From an uncultured bacterium (GTDB lineage Bacteria; Actinomycetota; Thermoleophilia; Solirubrobacterales; 70-9), in contig OY968768.1 in NCBI GenBank assembly GCA_963695215.1, forward strand, positions 1,824,922 to 1,888,921: a DNA stretch of 64,000 nucleotides, read 5' to 3'. This document shows, piece after piece, positions 17,190 to 27,168 of the stretch; positions within the stretch are counted from its first letter, which is position 1, and every line of letters starts with the position of its first letter. The notes under the pieces are model-generated. The model ran no database searches. It was not told the DNA's origin and saw nothing but the letters and a program-made list of their open reading frames with translations. The position numbers and the translations under genes were made by a program.

Positions 17190-18929
17190 TCAGGTGCTCG
17201 TCGAAGGTGTGCCGGTAGACGATTCCCTCGAACACAGCCCTCCCACTTGGCCGAGCCTTCGCCGGCGCGAAGTTCGCGCCAGGCGGCCTTCGCCTCGTCG
17301 GCACGGTAGATCTCGGTCCAAGCGCCGCCAGCTCGCGAGGATCTCCTCGAACACCGCGCGCGTCCCGTTCGATCTCCCAAGGCCGGTCGCGCCGGATCGG
17401 CGGCACTTCCGGGTGGGGGCCTCGAAGAAGGGCTGGTCCGTCCACTCGGGCACGAGCCGGCAGATCAGATCGAGATGGAGCCGATCCGTCGGTCCGGTCC
17501 TCGGGCTCGAGCGCAAATGATGCGCTTGATGAATCCCGGCGTTGCGAAGACCGAAATGCGCTCGGAGTCGGTCGCGAGCCCGGAGCGATGGGCGAAGCGG
17601 TCGACGAGGTAGAACCAGTCGAGGAGCACTGGTCCCTCGAGCCCGGCTCCGCGCCCCGGCGTCGAGCGATTGCGAGACGACCGGCGCGGCTTCCTCATAC
17701 GCCTCAGGCTGCGCAGCTTCGTGATCCTTTGCGAAGAACCGCATGATCCGCTCGGGGACCCGCTTCTTTCGCCGGGAGATCCTTCTTCAGCTGCTTCGAG
17801 TTCTTGTAGAAAAAGCCGTGGGCGATCTCGCCGCCGTGGCCCGACGAAGGTGGCGTCTTAGGACGGGGGCGCGGAAGGGTCATCTTGCCCCGGAGCTTTT
17901 GCGGGTGACGCACGCCGTCGTGAAGGAGGTGGAGGTTCGACGCTCGTTCGAGGAGGCCCGTGCTGGGCGTCGCGGTGCCTTCCTTCGGTCTTGGCTGATG
18001 CGATGTGGGGGGCCTTGGCGCGGCGTCGATCAAGCGCCGGGCGACGTCGGCTTCGCCAGGCGTCGCGTCCGAGGTGAGGAAGGTGGCCTCGGTGCCGGCG
18101 GCAACGACTGCGGCGGCGGAAAGCCTCGAGTCTCGGCCACCCGAGAGGTCGACGCTGGCCTCGCCCGGCCAGAGCTCCGCCGCGCTCGACGCCTGCGCCC
18201 TGGCGTGCTCGTCGGCCTCGCCGGTCAGCTCCTGGACAGCTCCCACTCGGCTTGACCCAGTCGCCTAGCGCACCGGTCCGTCGCGAGCTCACACCTTCAC
18301 TCGATGCCACGATCAACGGTGCCGCCCGGCAACCTGCGCATGCCTTCGATCGGCACTGTGTCAGCCAGGAACCACGACGCGGCTGCCAGCACCAGCCATG
18401 AGCGGGTATCCGCTCGTGCGTCGAGCCCGAGGAAGAGAACCAAGGCACCAGGGCGGTTCGACCATGCGGTTACGCCTTCCGCCTCCGCTTCGAAAAAGCG
18501 AGCGGCGCCGAGGGCGTCGTTCATCACGGTTAGTCGCTCGGAACGCTTGTCGAGCACGGCGGTCGCGGCCGGAGCGTTGAGCAGGCGGCTTGCGTCGTCC
18601 GGACGCTCGCTGAGCTTTCGGGCAAGGGCGAGCGGCGCCTCTAGGATCTCACTTTCATCCGCGATCCGCTGCCAACCCGTTGGGACATATGCGGTCGCGA
18701 TCGCCACATCATCGCCCACGGCAAAGTGGGGCCATCGGCAATGCGGCTCGGCGTCACCGATCGTGGCGACGCCACACGCGCCGGCGACTTCGCTCTTGAC
18801 GACCGTCGCGTAGTCGACGAGCTGCGCATAGTGCCGACGCACCCGTTCGAGCCGATCGCCGGCCCATTCGGATCGCGCACCCCCACGGGTTGCCCAGCAA
18901 AGCCAGGTCGGGTCGATGTTCTCGCCCAT
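17190..18929 (-). pseudogene. asparagine-synthase-like PP-loop ATP-pyrophosphatase family protein, heavily frameshifted; 3' end uncertain
   Basis: About 210-aa N-terminal domain (MGENIDPTWLCW..FAVGDDVAIATAYVPTGW..) without an N-terminal Cys nucleophile, then the PP-loop VDLSGGRDSRLSAAAVVAAG. Later pieces (LLDWFYLVDRFAHRSGLATDSERISVFATPGFIKRII, DLICRLVPEWTDQPFFE, AVFEGIVYRHTFDEHLNRLAG) lie in other frames. Confidence 0.55.
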
Positions 18930-18979
18930 TGCCCGCGAGGCTATCCGCGAGGGTTGCTCAACCGAGTAGAAAATGGGGC

Positions 18980-19336
18980 ATGTCAGATCAACCCGACCCG
19001 TCAGGCCGCCGCGGTCACGGCACCGAAGCGTTTGGTGGAACGCCTGTCGGCAATCGCATCGCACTCCCCTCCGGAGCAGAGGAGCCGATCAACGTCTACG
19101 TCAACGGCGTGAAGCAGGTTAGGGGCGAGGACTACCTGGTCGAGGGCAAGCACATCCACTTCCGTGAGCCGATCTACAAGGAAGAGCTGAAGAAGCTCAG
19201 CCCACTTCGCAAGTTCGGTCTCGGACTGGGCCTTTTCGGTTGGTACGAGCGAAACGAGACAGTCGACATCGAGTATCGAAGCGGCGGCAAGACGAAGCTG
19301 ATCTCGAACGCGCCCGTTCTGTCGGATCGAGACTAG
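18980..19336 (+). CDS. hypothetical small protein (118 aa), Tyr in acidic contexts
   Basis: ATG 18980 is in frame with ORF 18890-19336. Sequence: MSDQPDPSGRRGHGTEAFGG..INVYVNGVKQVRGEDYLVEGKHIHFREPIYKEELKKLSPLRKFGLGLGLFGWYERNETVDIEYRSGGKTKLISNAPVLSDRD. It looks lower in GC than its neighbours. No family recognised. Confidence 0.5.
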   Translation: MSDQPDPSGRRGHGTEAFGGTPVGNRIALPSGAEEPINVYVNGVKQVRGEDYLVEGKHIHFREPIYKEELKKLSPLRKFGLGLGLFGWYERNETVDIEYRSGGKTKLISNAPVLSDRD

Positions 19337-19399
19337 AGCCGAACTACCCATAGGGGGCAATATGTGCCTCCAAATGGCAACGCGTCCCGCCGCTGAGCG

Positions 19400-20065
<666 letters not shown>

Positions 20066-20069
<4 letters not shown>

Positions 20070-20290
20070 TCGATCTCCTGGATCTCGTAGTCCTCGATCA
20101 GCGGATTGGCGAGGAGCTTCTCGCAGAGCTCATTGAGGTGGCCTGCGTCGTCGGCTTCAAGTTCGACAAGCCGGCCGACCCGCACGTCGCGCACATCGTC
20201 GAAACCGAGCGCGGGAAGGGCGCGCTCGACCGCTTTGCCCTGCGGGTCGAGGATGCCTTCCTTGGGGCGGATGAGGACTCGTGCCTTCAC
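20066..20290 (-). CDS. purS: phosphoribosylformylglycinamidine synthase subunit PurS
   Basis: 74 aa from GTG 20290: VKARVLIRPKEGILDPQGKAVERALPALGFDDVRDVRVGRLVELEADDAGHLNELCEKLLANPLIEDYEIQEIE. The upstream part of ORF 20066-20560 is not PurS-like. Confidence 0.88.
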
Positions 20291-20304
20291 GGATGAGAAA
20301 GCTA

Positions 20305-21334
20305 CTAACGGCCTCGGCCGGTCGCCCGATCGACCGCGCGGCGGGCGCGGTTGACGGCGAGGTCGAGGCGTGATCTCGACTCCGCCTCCGGCGGCGCGAG
20401 GCGAACCGGCGACGCCTGCGGGGAGGCGAGATCCATCACCTGGCTGTAGCCCGCATCGCCAAGGGCGTCCTCCATCCCCAAGAGTTGCGCGGCCTCGGCC
20501 CACCGCGGATCGTCGCCGTAGGGGATATCTGCGTCGCGCTTCACGTGCTCGGCTGCCCAAGTCTTGACTCCCTCGGGCGTAACGCGCCCGATCGCGTCGT
20601 AGATGCGGTGAAGCTCGCCGGCTGGATCCACCCGAAGGTCTTCGAGGCGAACGAGCACGTAGCGGTCGCCGAACAGGCGCCGCCCGTCACCTCGAGTGCC
20701 ATCCCAGGCCGTCTTCCAGACAGTGAGCGGGCGCATGAAGTCCGGCACGCCGCGCTTGAGCTCGGGGTAGTCGCCCGCAGCGAGCACATCCCCTGCGATA
20801 TCGCGCGACGACCAGAGCTTGCGCCGGGTCCAAGCATCGAAGAACGCGTCCGCGTCGGCGAACCGCGGCGCGTGCCTACGTCCACGGCCGAGCATCATCG
20901 ACCCCGCGACGGCCCGCGGGTCACGCACGATGTGGATGAGAGTGGCGTCCGGATCGATGCTGTGAAGATCGGCCACCTTGCGAAAGAGGCGCACCTCCTT
21001 CACCAACACCTGCGGCGCCTGGCCGAGAAGGTGGCGCAGGAACGCGGAACCCCACTCCGGCAGCGACGGGTGTAGCTCCAGCCCAGGCGCCCTCGGACCG
21101 CCGTGATTGAAGAGCTCGAGGGGAACCTCGGGGTGCTCGTCGCGCTGGAACGCGCGGCGCAACTCGCGCGTCTCGGCGAACAGGTCCTCGGCGCGCGCGC
21201 CGGAGCCACCGCCGAGGCGTCTCGTCCTCCTCGCGGAAGGGCTCGTAGAAGCGGCGAAGGTCCGGGTCCTCGGCAAAGGCGTCATAGAGGATCGTCGTCC
21301 CCGACCGCCGCATGCCCTGGATGAAGACGTTCAC
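20305..21334 (-). pseudogene. divergent sulfotransferase ST4, one frame change near 21215-21225
   Basis: MNVFIQGMRRSGTTILYDAFAEDPDLRRFYEPFREEDE, then a frame change, then ..VKEVRLFRKVADLHSIDPDATLIHIVRDPRAVAGS..YVLVRLEDLRVDPAGELHRIYDAIG. It has the 5'-PSB-like RRSGTT and 3'-PB-like IVRDPR motifs. The length is 3n+1. Confidence 0.7.
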
Positions 21335-21361
21335 ACGACGGACGCTACCCGCGTCTGTGTT

Positions 21362-22215
21362 TTAAAAGCTGCGGTCAGTAATTCGCTCGTACGCCTCGAC
21401 GTACTTCGCGCGGGTGCCGTCCACGATCTCGTCGGGCAGATCGGGGCCGGGCGGCGAGTGGTCCCAGCCCGCCTCGTCGAGCCAGTCACGGACGTACTGC
21501 TTGTCGAACGAGGACTGGCCGCGGCCGTCCTCGTAAGTCGTCGGCCGGCCAGAAGCGCGAGGAGTCGGGGGTGAGCACCTCGTCGCCAAGGACGATCTCG
21601 GCGCCTGGCGAGGAGCCGAACTCGAACTTGGTGTCGGCGATGATGATCCCGCTGCTCCAGCGCGTGCTTCGCCGCGTGCTCGTAGAGCGCGATCGACGTG
21701 TCGCGAAGGTTCTCCATCAGCGCCCGGTCGCCGATGACCTCGACGGCGCGCTCGAACGACGATGTTCTCGTCGTGGTCGCCGACCTCGGCCTTGGTCGCC
21801 GGCGTGAAGATCGGCTCGGGAAGCTTCTGCGACTTCGACAGCCCGTCGGGGAGCGGGATGCCGCAGACCTCGCCGGAACTCTTGTACTCCTTCCAGCCCG
21901 AGCCCGTGATGTAGCCGCGCACGACGCACTCGATCGGGTACATGTCGAGCTTTTAACGCGGAGGCCGCGCCCTCGGCTTCGGCGGGCACGTCATCAGTGA
22001 GCATGTGGTTCGGGCAGATGTCGCTCCGTCGTCTCGAACCAGAACACCGACATGCGCGTAAGAACGGCGCCCTTGTCGGGGATCGGGGTGGGGAGGACCA
22101 CGTCGTAGGCGGAGATTCGGTCGGAGGCGACCATCAGGAGGTCGTCACCGATCTCGTACATCTCGCGCACCTTGCCGGAGGCGACGAGGTTCAGGTCAGA
22201 GAGTGATTCGTTCAT
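21362..22215 (-). pseudogene. purC: SAICAR synthetase, at least 3 frame changes
   Basis: [61 protein letters not shown] / [60 protein letters not shown] / [48 protein letters not shown], lying in different frames. Confidence 0.9.
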
Positions 22216-22245
22216 CACGGCGCGCGACTCTAACATCCGGCCCGT

Positions 22246-23579
22246 ATGGTTTTCCTCGCCGCCCCGAGCGTCCCGCTCCCGAAAACGCTCCAAACTGCGC
22301 GATTTCTCGTTCGGCCGATCTCGTTTTTGGAACGCTGGCGCAAGGAGCTCGGCGAGACGTTCCACGCGTCGCTCTTCGGCCCGGGCGAGGTTGTGCTCGT
22401 TTCCGACGCGCCGTCGATGAAGGCGCTCTACGGTGCCGATCGCATCAACACGATTGCTCCCGGCCGGAACGTCGCGCTGAGGCCGATGGTGGGCGCCAGC
22501 TCGCTTCTTCTCCAGGAGGATCAGGAGCACCTGCGCCGGCGCAAGCTGATGCTCCCGCCCTTCCACGGCGAGCGCATGCGCGCCTATGAAGAGATGATCG
22601 TCGAGGCGACCGAAGACGTGGTCGCGAGCTGGCCCGCGGGTGAAGCGTTCGCGGTCCATCCGGGCATGCAGGCGATCACCCTCGAGGTGATCCTGCGGGC
22701 CGTGTTCGGCGTGACCGACCAGGAGCGGCGCTCGAAGCTGAGCAGTGCCCTGGTGGAAGCTCTTGCGGTGAGCGCGTCACCCCGCGCGATCGGCTTCATC
22801 GTGCCCGGCCTCTCGAAAGTGCCGCCGTTTCGCAACCTCGAAGCGCTCCGAGACCACATCGATGTGCTCCTCTTTGCCGAGATCGCCGAGCGCCGGGTGG
22901 ACCCGGATCTGGAGGAACGCAAAGACATCCTTTCGATGCTCGTCTCAGCGCGATTCGAAGATGGATCGCAAATGGAGGACCGCGAGCTTCGCGACCAGCT
23001 CATGACTCTTCTCCTCGCCGGTCACGAGACGACCGCGACGGCATTGGCGTGGGCGATCGACCTCCTCCTTCACCACCCCGCGAAGCTCGAGCGGCTCACG
23101 GACGAAGTCAACACCTCCGACGGCAGCGGGTACATGGATGCGGTGATCGACGAGACACTTCGGGTGCGTCCGGTCGTTCCATTCACAGGCCGGCAGCTGC
23201 GCCAGGACTCCGAACTTCGGCGGGTACGACCTGCCGAGCGGCACCGTCGTCCTCGCCGCCGATCTACATGACTCACACCCGCGAGGACCTCTACCCGAAC
23301 CCGTATGCGTTCGAGCCCGAGCGCTTCCTCGAAGGGTCGCCCGAGACCTTTTCGTGGGTTCCCTTCGGAGGCGGGACGCGCCGGTGCATCGGCGCCGCGT
23401 TCGCCGAGCTCGAAATGAAGGTCGCGCTGCGAACGATCCTCTCCGAGTGCGAGCTGGTGCCCGCTTCCGAGAAGCTTGAGCGGCCCGCGAGGCGCAACGT
23501 GACGATGTCGCCCGCGACAGGCACGAGAGTCGTTCTCAAGCGGAGGGTCGCACCGCCGTCTGCGAAGCTGGCCGCTTGA
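22246..23579 (+). pseudogene. cytochrome P450, two apparent 1-nt insertions (about 23228 and about 23270)
   Basis: ETTATALAWAIDLLLHHP (I-helix), ETLRVRPV (ExxR), and the heme loop FGGGTRRCIGAAFAELEM. Reading DSELGGYDLPSGTVVLAAIYMTHTREDLYPNPYAFEPERF requires two +1 shifts. The length is 3n+2. Confidence 0.88.
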
Positions 23580-24484
23580 AGTTGAGACGACGAAACAGGG
23601 TGCGAGCCTCCGCCGGCTCGGAGGCTCCGGCGCCGTTCATCGTGGGCGTCGGGCGCTCCGGGACGACGCTCCTGCGGTTGATGCTGGACGCGCATCCGGA
23701 GCTGGCGATCCCGCCCGAGACGCACTTTGCCGTGCGTCTGGTCAAGCGCTTCGAAGACGGCTCCCCTGGAGCTGAAGAGACCGCGCGCTGGCTTGCGGAG
23801 CGCAACCGCTGGGGCGACTTCGGGATCGAGGCTGCGGCGCTCGAGGAACGACTGGCCGCGCATCGCCGGCTCACCGCGGGCGACACGCTTCGCGACTTTT
23901 TCGCGCTCTACGCCGAGCGCCACGACAAGGCGCGCTGGGGCGACAAGACGCCGATCTACGTGCGCAACATGCGCCGGCTCGAGCGGGCAGTTCCCGAGGC
24001 GCACTTCATCCACATGATCCGCGACGGGCGCGACGTCGCCTTATCGGTCTGGGACCGCGTCGGCCGGGAAAAGGACGCGACGCGCATGGCTCGCCTGTGG
24101 AAGCGGCGGATCCGCAAGGCCCGCCGCCAGGCGGAACAGCTTGGCCACTACATGGAGGCTCGCTACGAGGATCTGATCCTTGACACTGAGCCCGTGCTGC
24201 GGAAGGTCGCAGGTTTCGTCGAGCTCGACTGGGACCCGGTGATGCTCGACTACCACGAGAAGTCGGCGGAGCGAATGGCCGAGATGGACCGGGACCTGCC
24301 GGCTCTTTCGAGCGGCCGCGAGCGTCCGGCAGAGCGCCGGCTCGGCGCGTTCAAGCTCACTTCCGAGCCTCCGCAGAAGAGTCGCGTCGAGCGCTGGCGC
24401 GAGCAGATGTCAGACGAGGACCGGGCCGCCTTCGAGGAAACCGCCGGTGATCTACTCGCCGAGCTCGGGTACGAGGTGGGCTGA
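23576..24484 (+). CDS. sulfotransferase ST5 (TPST-like), intact
   Basis: APAPFIVGVGRSGTTLLRLMLDAHPELAIPPETHF..RWGDKTPIY..AHFIHMIRDGRDVALS..RYEDLILDTEPVLRKVAGFVELDWDPVMLDYHE..RVERWREQMSDEDRAAFEETAGDLLAELGYEVG. TTG 23576 overlaps the P450 TGA (TTGA). Confidence 0.88.
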   Translation: MKLRRRNRVRASAGSEAPAPFIVGVGRSGTTLLRLMLDAHPELAIPPETHFAVRLVKRFEDGSPGAEETARWLAERNRWGDFGIEAAALEERLAAHRRLTAGDTLRDFFALYAERHDKARWGDKTPIYVRNMRRLERAVPEAHFIHMIRDGRDVALSVWDRVGREKDATRMARLWKRRIRKARRQAEQLGHYMEARYEDLILDTEPVLRKVAGFVELDWDPVMLDYHEKSAERMAEMDRDLPALSSGRERPAERRLGAFKLTSEPPQKSRVERWREQMSDEDRAAFEETAGDLLAELGYEVG

Positions 24485-25458
24485 TGGCCCATCCGATCAA
24501 GACCCTTCGCAAGAAGCGCAATCAGCGCCGAAAGCAGAAGCGAAAAGAGGCGAGGAAGGCCACCGGACGCGCGCCGGTTCCCTTCGTGGTGGGCGTCAAC
24601 CGCTCCGGTACGACGCTCCTGCGGATGATGCTCGACGCGCACCCGCAGCTCGCGATGCCGCCGGAGACGCATTTCATCCCTGCGCTCAACAAGGAGATGA
24701 CCGCCTCGAAGAAGGAGGGCGCTCGCTGGGACGCCGCCCAGACCGTTGAGTTTCTCGTCGCCCACCGCCGCTGGGGCGACTTCGGGATCGACTCCGCCGA
24801 ACTCGAAGCGCGACTTGCCAAGCAGGGCAACCTGCACCCCAAGAAGGTCCTGCGCGAGTTCTACGGGTTGTACGCCGAGGGGCAGGGAAAGAAGCGCTAC
24901 GGCGACAAGACGCCCGGCTACGTCAAACAGATGGGAATGATCCAGCGCTCACTGCCGGAGGCTCGCTTCGTCCACCTGATCCGCGACGGCCGCGATGTGG
25001 CTCTTTCGCGTGATGACCGAAGCGACAGCGAAGAGCTCACCGTCGACCGTCTCGCGAAGATCTGGAAGCGCCGCATCAACCGGGCTCGCGGTCAGAAGGA
25101 TCGGCTCAATCACTACATGGAGGTCCGATTCGAGGACCTCGTGGCAGACCCCGAACCGTCGCTCCGAAGAGTGTGCGAGTTCATCGACCTGCCCTACGAC
25201 GCGGCGATGCTCAGCTACCACGAGCGTTCGGGTGAGCGCCTTCAGGAGATGGACCGCGACCTCACCGACGACGACGGCGGTGCCCTTCGGCCAGCCGAGG
25301 ATCGCCTCGAAGCGCACGCGCTGGTCACCGAGGCGCCGCGCTCGGATCGAGTGGAGCGCTGGCGCGAGGCGATGAGCGCTGAGGACCTGGCCGCGTTCGA
25401 AGAGGTCGCGGGGGATCTCCTCGCCGAGCTGGGGTACCCGCTGTCGAGCGAGTCGTAG
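24484..25458 (+). CDS. sulfotransferase ST6 (TPST-like), intact
   Basis: Lys/Arg-rich tail MAHPIKTLRKKRNQRRKQKRKEARK, then VPFVVGVNRSGTTLLRMMLDAHPQLAMPPETHF..RYGDKTPGY..ARFVHLIRDGRDVALS..RFEDLVADPEPSLRRVCEFIDLPYDAAMLSYHE..LLAELGYPL. The ATG overlaps the ST5 TGA (TGATG). Confidence 0.88.
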   Translation: MAHPIKTLRKKRNQRRKQKRKEARKATGRAPVPFVVGVNRSGTTLLRMMLDAHPQLAMPPETHFIPALNKEMTASKKEGARWDAAQTVEFLVAHRRWGDFGIDSAELEARLAKQGNLHPKKVLREFYGLYAEGQGKKRYGDKTPGYVKQMGMIQRSLPEARFVHLIRDGRDVALSRDDRSDSEELTVDRLAKIWKRRINRARGQKDRLNHYMEVRFEDLVADPEPSLRRVCEFIDLPYDAAMLSYHERSGERLQEMDRDLTDDDGGALRPAEDRLEAHALVTEAPRSDRVERWREAMSAEDLAAFEEVAGDLLAELGYPLSSES

Positions 25459-25484
25459 TACCCAACTCCCGCGCAGGCTGGCCG

Positions 25485-26114
25485 CTAAGGGCAGCCGTCC
25501 ACGCCCGAGGGTGTGCAGCGGAAAGTGATACCGCTCATCGAAATCCACTGCTTGACGCTCCCGCCGGTAGCCGGTGGCAGGGCGAAAACATCTCCGTTTC
25601 CACGGACATCGATACGCCCCGGAGCCCCATCTGACAACGTGGCGAAAACCTCGTTTCCTTCCGGGCGATAGCCGACGGGGAGGGTGAAAATTTTGCCGTC
25701 GATGAATGCCCCTGAGATGTCGCAGACGTCGTCAAATGGCTTCCCTGCCCTCACCAAGCCCCTTAAATGTACGAAGCCGGAGGCATCCCTGACGAAGGCG
25801 CCAGAAGTAAAACCTGAGCCAAAGTTGCTCCAAGAGCATTCGGATCCGTTGTCAAACGAAGGGTTACCGGGTGTGTTGAGCACACGCCAGGGCTCAGCAC
25901 CAAGGGCGAGTGTCCCTTCGTCAACGTCGGCCCCAGTCAGGCCGTTGTCGGCGACGTCAGCAGATTTGACTTGGCCGTTGACGATGTGCTTCGACTTGAC
26001 GCTGTTGCGATCGATCTGGGTGACCGCGTATGCGGTGCCTCCACCAAGAACGAGAAACAGCGCCAAGACACCCGCCCACTGGTTTCGAAGATGCGAGCCG
26101 AGCTTGCGCAGCAT
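25485..26114 (-). CDS. secreted or membrane-anchored hypothetical protein, lower-GC gene
   Basis: N-terminal hydrophobic segment WAGVLALFLVLGGGTAYAV, then a Gly/Asp/Asn-rich body (..VKSADVADNGLTGADVDEGTLALG..FVHLRGLV..IDVRGNGDVFALP..) that ends with Cys residues. It is visibly less GC-rich than the flanking sulfotransferase genes. Confidence 0.6.
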   Translation of the reverse strand: MLRKLGSHLRNQWAGVLALFLVLGGGTAYAVTQIDRNSVKSKHIVNGQVKSADVADNGLTGADVDEGTLALGAEPWRVLNTPGNPSFDNGSECSWSNFGSGFTSGAFVRDASGFVHLRGLVRAGKPFDDVCDISGAFIDGKIFTLPVGYRPEGNEVFATLSDGAPGRIDVRGNGDVFALPPATGGSVKQWISMSGITFRCTPSGVDGCP

Positions 26115-26260
26115 GAGAACTCCCTGTAGTTCAGGCGACGCTTACCCCCTCAGGTCCCCGCCGCGGTTCAAAGACAGACTAGACGCCAGATGCCACTCTG
26201 TCTACTGCCACAGTGAGCGGTGTCCGCTGAGGGATAGGCCCTTTCCATGCGAAGCGCATG

Positions 26261-27115
26261 TCAGCTACTCAGCTCGTAGCCCAGTTCCGCCAGCAGGGCG
26301 CCCGCGGTCTGCTCGAACTCCTGGGCGTCGGCTGGCTCCATCTGCGTTCGCCATTTGCCCAGGCGGGACGGGTCCGGCGGGCCTGACGTTGCCGAGTGCA
26401 TCTCGGCTCGGTAGCCGGCTGGGAGGCTTTGTTTGTCCTCGCCTCCCTCGAGCTCGCCCGACATCTCGCCGAGCCGTTCGGCCGCTCGCTCGTGGTAGTT
26501 CAGCATCGCCGCGTCGAACGGAAGCTCGCACGATTCGCAGACCTTGCGGAGCGTCGCTTCGGTTTCGGCGATGAGGTCCTCGTAGCGGATCTCGAGGTAG
26601 TGGGCGACCTTCGCGCCCTGCTTGCGTGTTCGCTTGATCCGGCGCTTCCAGCGCTTCGCGAGCTCTTCGATCGTCCGCTCCTTGAGACCTCGCTCCATCA
26701 CCGACAGGGCGACATCGCGGCCGTCGCGAATGATGTGGACGAACCGGGCCTCGGGCAGAACGCTCTCGATGGCGCGCATGCTGCCGGAGTAGCCGGGCGT
26801 CTTGTCGCCCGCTCGCGTCTTGCCGTGGCGTGAGGCGTAGGAGCCATAGAACGCGCGCAGTGCGTCGCCCGCTGTGTTGGGAGCCGCCGCCATCGCCGCT
26901 TCCAGGTGCGCCGCCGGCAGTCCGAAGTCGGCGAACTCCGGCTGCCCGGTGATCGCCGCAAGCGCGTCCTTGCGCGTCGGGTCAGCCTGGTCGAAGAGCT
27001 CGATCAGGTTCGGAACGAAAAACGTCTCGGGCGGGATCGCGAGCTCCGGATGCGCGTCCAGCATCAGGCGCAGGAGGGTGGTGCCCGAGCGGTTCGCTCC
27101 GACGACGAACGGCAT
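26261..27115 (-). CDS. sulfotransferase ST7 (TPST-like), intact
   Basis: MPFVVGANRSGTTLLRLMLDAHPELAIPPETFF..RAGDKTPGY..ARFVHIIRDGRDVALS..RYEDLIAETEATLRKVCESCELPFDAAMLNYHE..LGKWRTQMEPADAQEFEQTAGALLAELGYELSS. Confidence 0.88.
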   Translation of the reverse strand: MPFVVGANRSGTTLLRLMLDAHPELAIPPETFFVPNLIELFDQADPTRKDALAAITGQPEFADFGLPAAHLEAAMAAAPNTAGDALRAFYGSYASRHGKTRAGDKTPGYSGSMRAIESVLPEARFVHIIRDGRDVALSVMERGLKERTIEELAKRWKRRIKRTRKQGAKVAHYLEIRYEDLIAETEATLRKVCESCELPFDAAMLNYHERAAERLGEMSGELEGGEDKQSLPAGYRAEMHSATSGPPDPSRLGKWRTQMEPADAQEFEQTAGALLAELGYELSS

Positions 27116-27168
27116 CGGGCCTTCGGGCGATACCGCTGGGGATCAGTCGGGGAGCCCATGCCCGCCTA

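Noticed and set aside
17190-19336. Lasso-peptide gene cluster (Asn-synthase-like cyclase plus small ORF)
   Set aside because: No transglutaminase-like B protease, no PqqD-like RRE, and no 40-50-aa precursor with a Thr-2 leader/core junction are visible. The small ORF is 118 aa and divergently transcribed. An amidotransferase role is equally likely.
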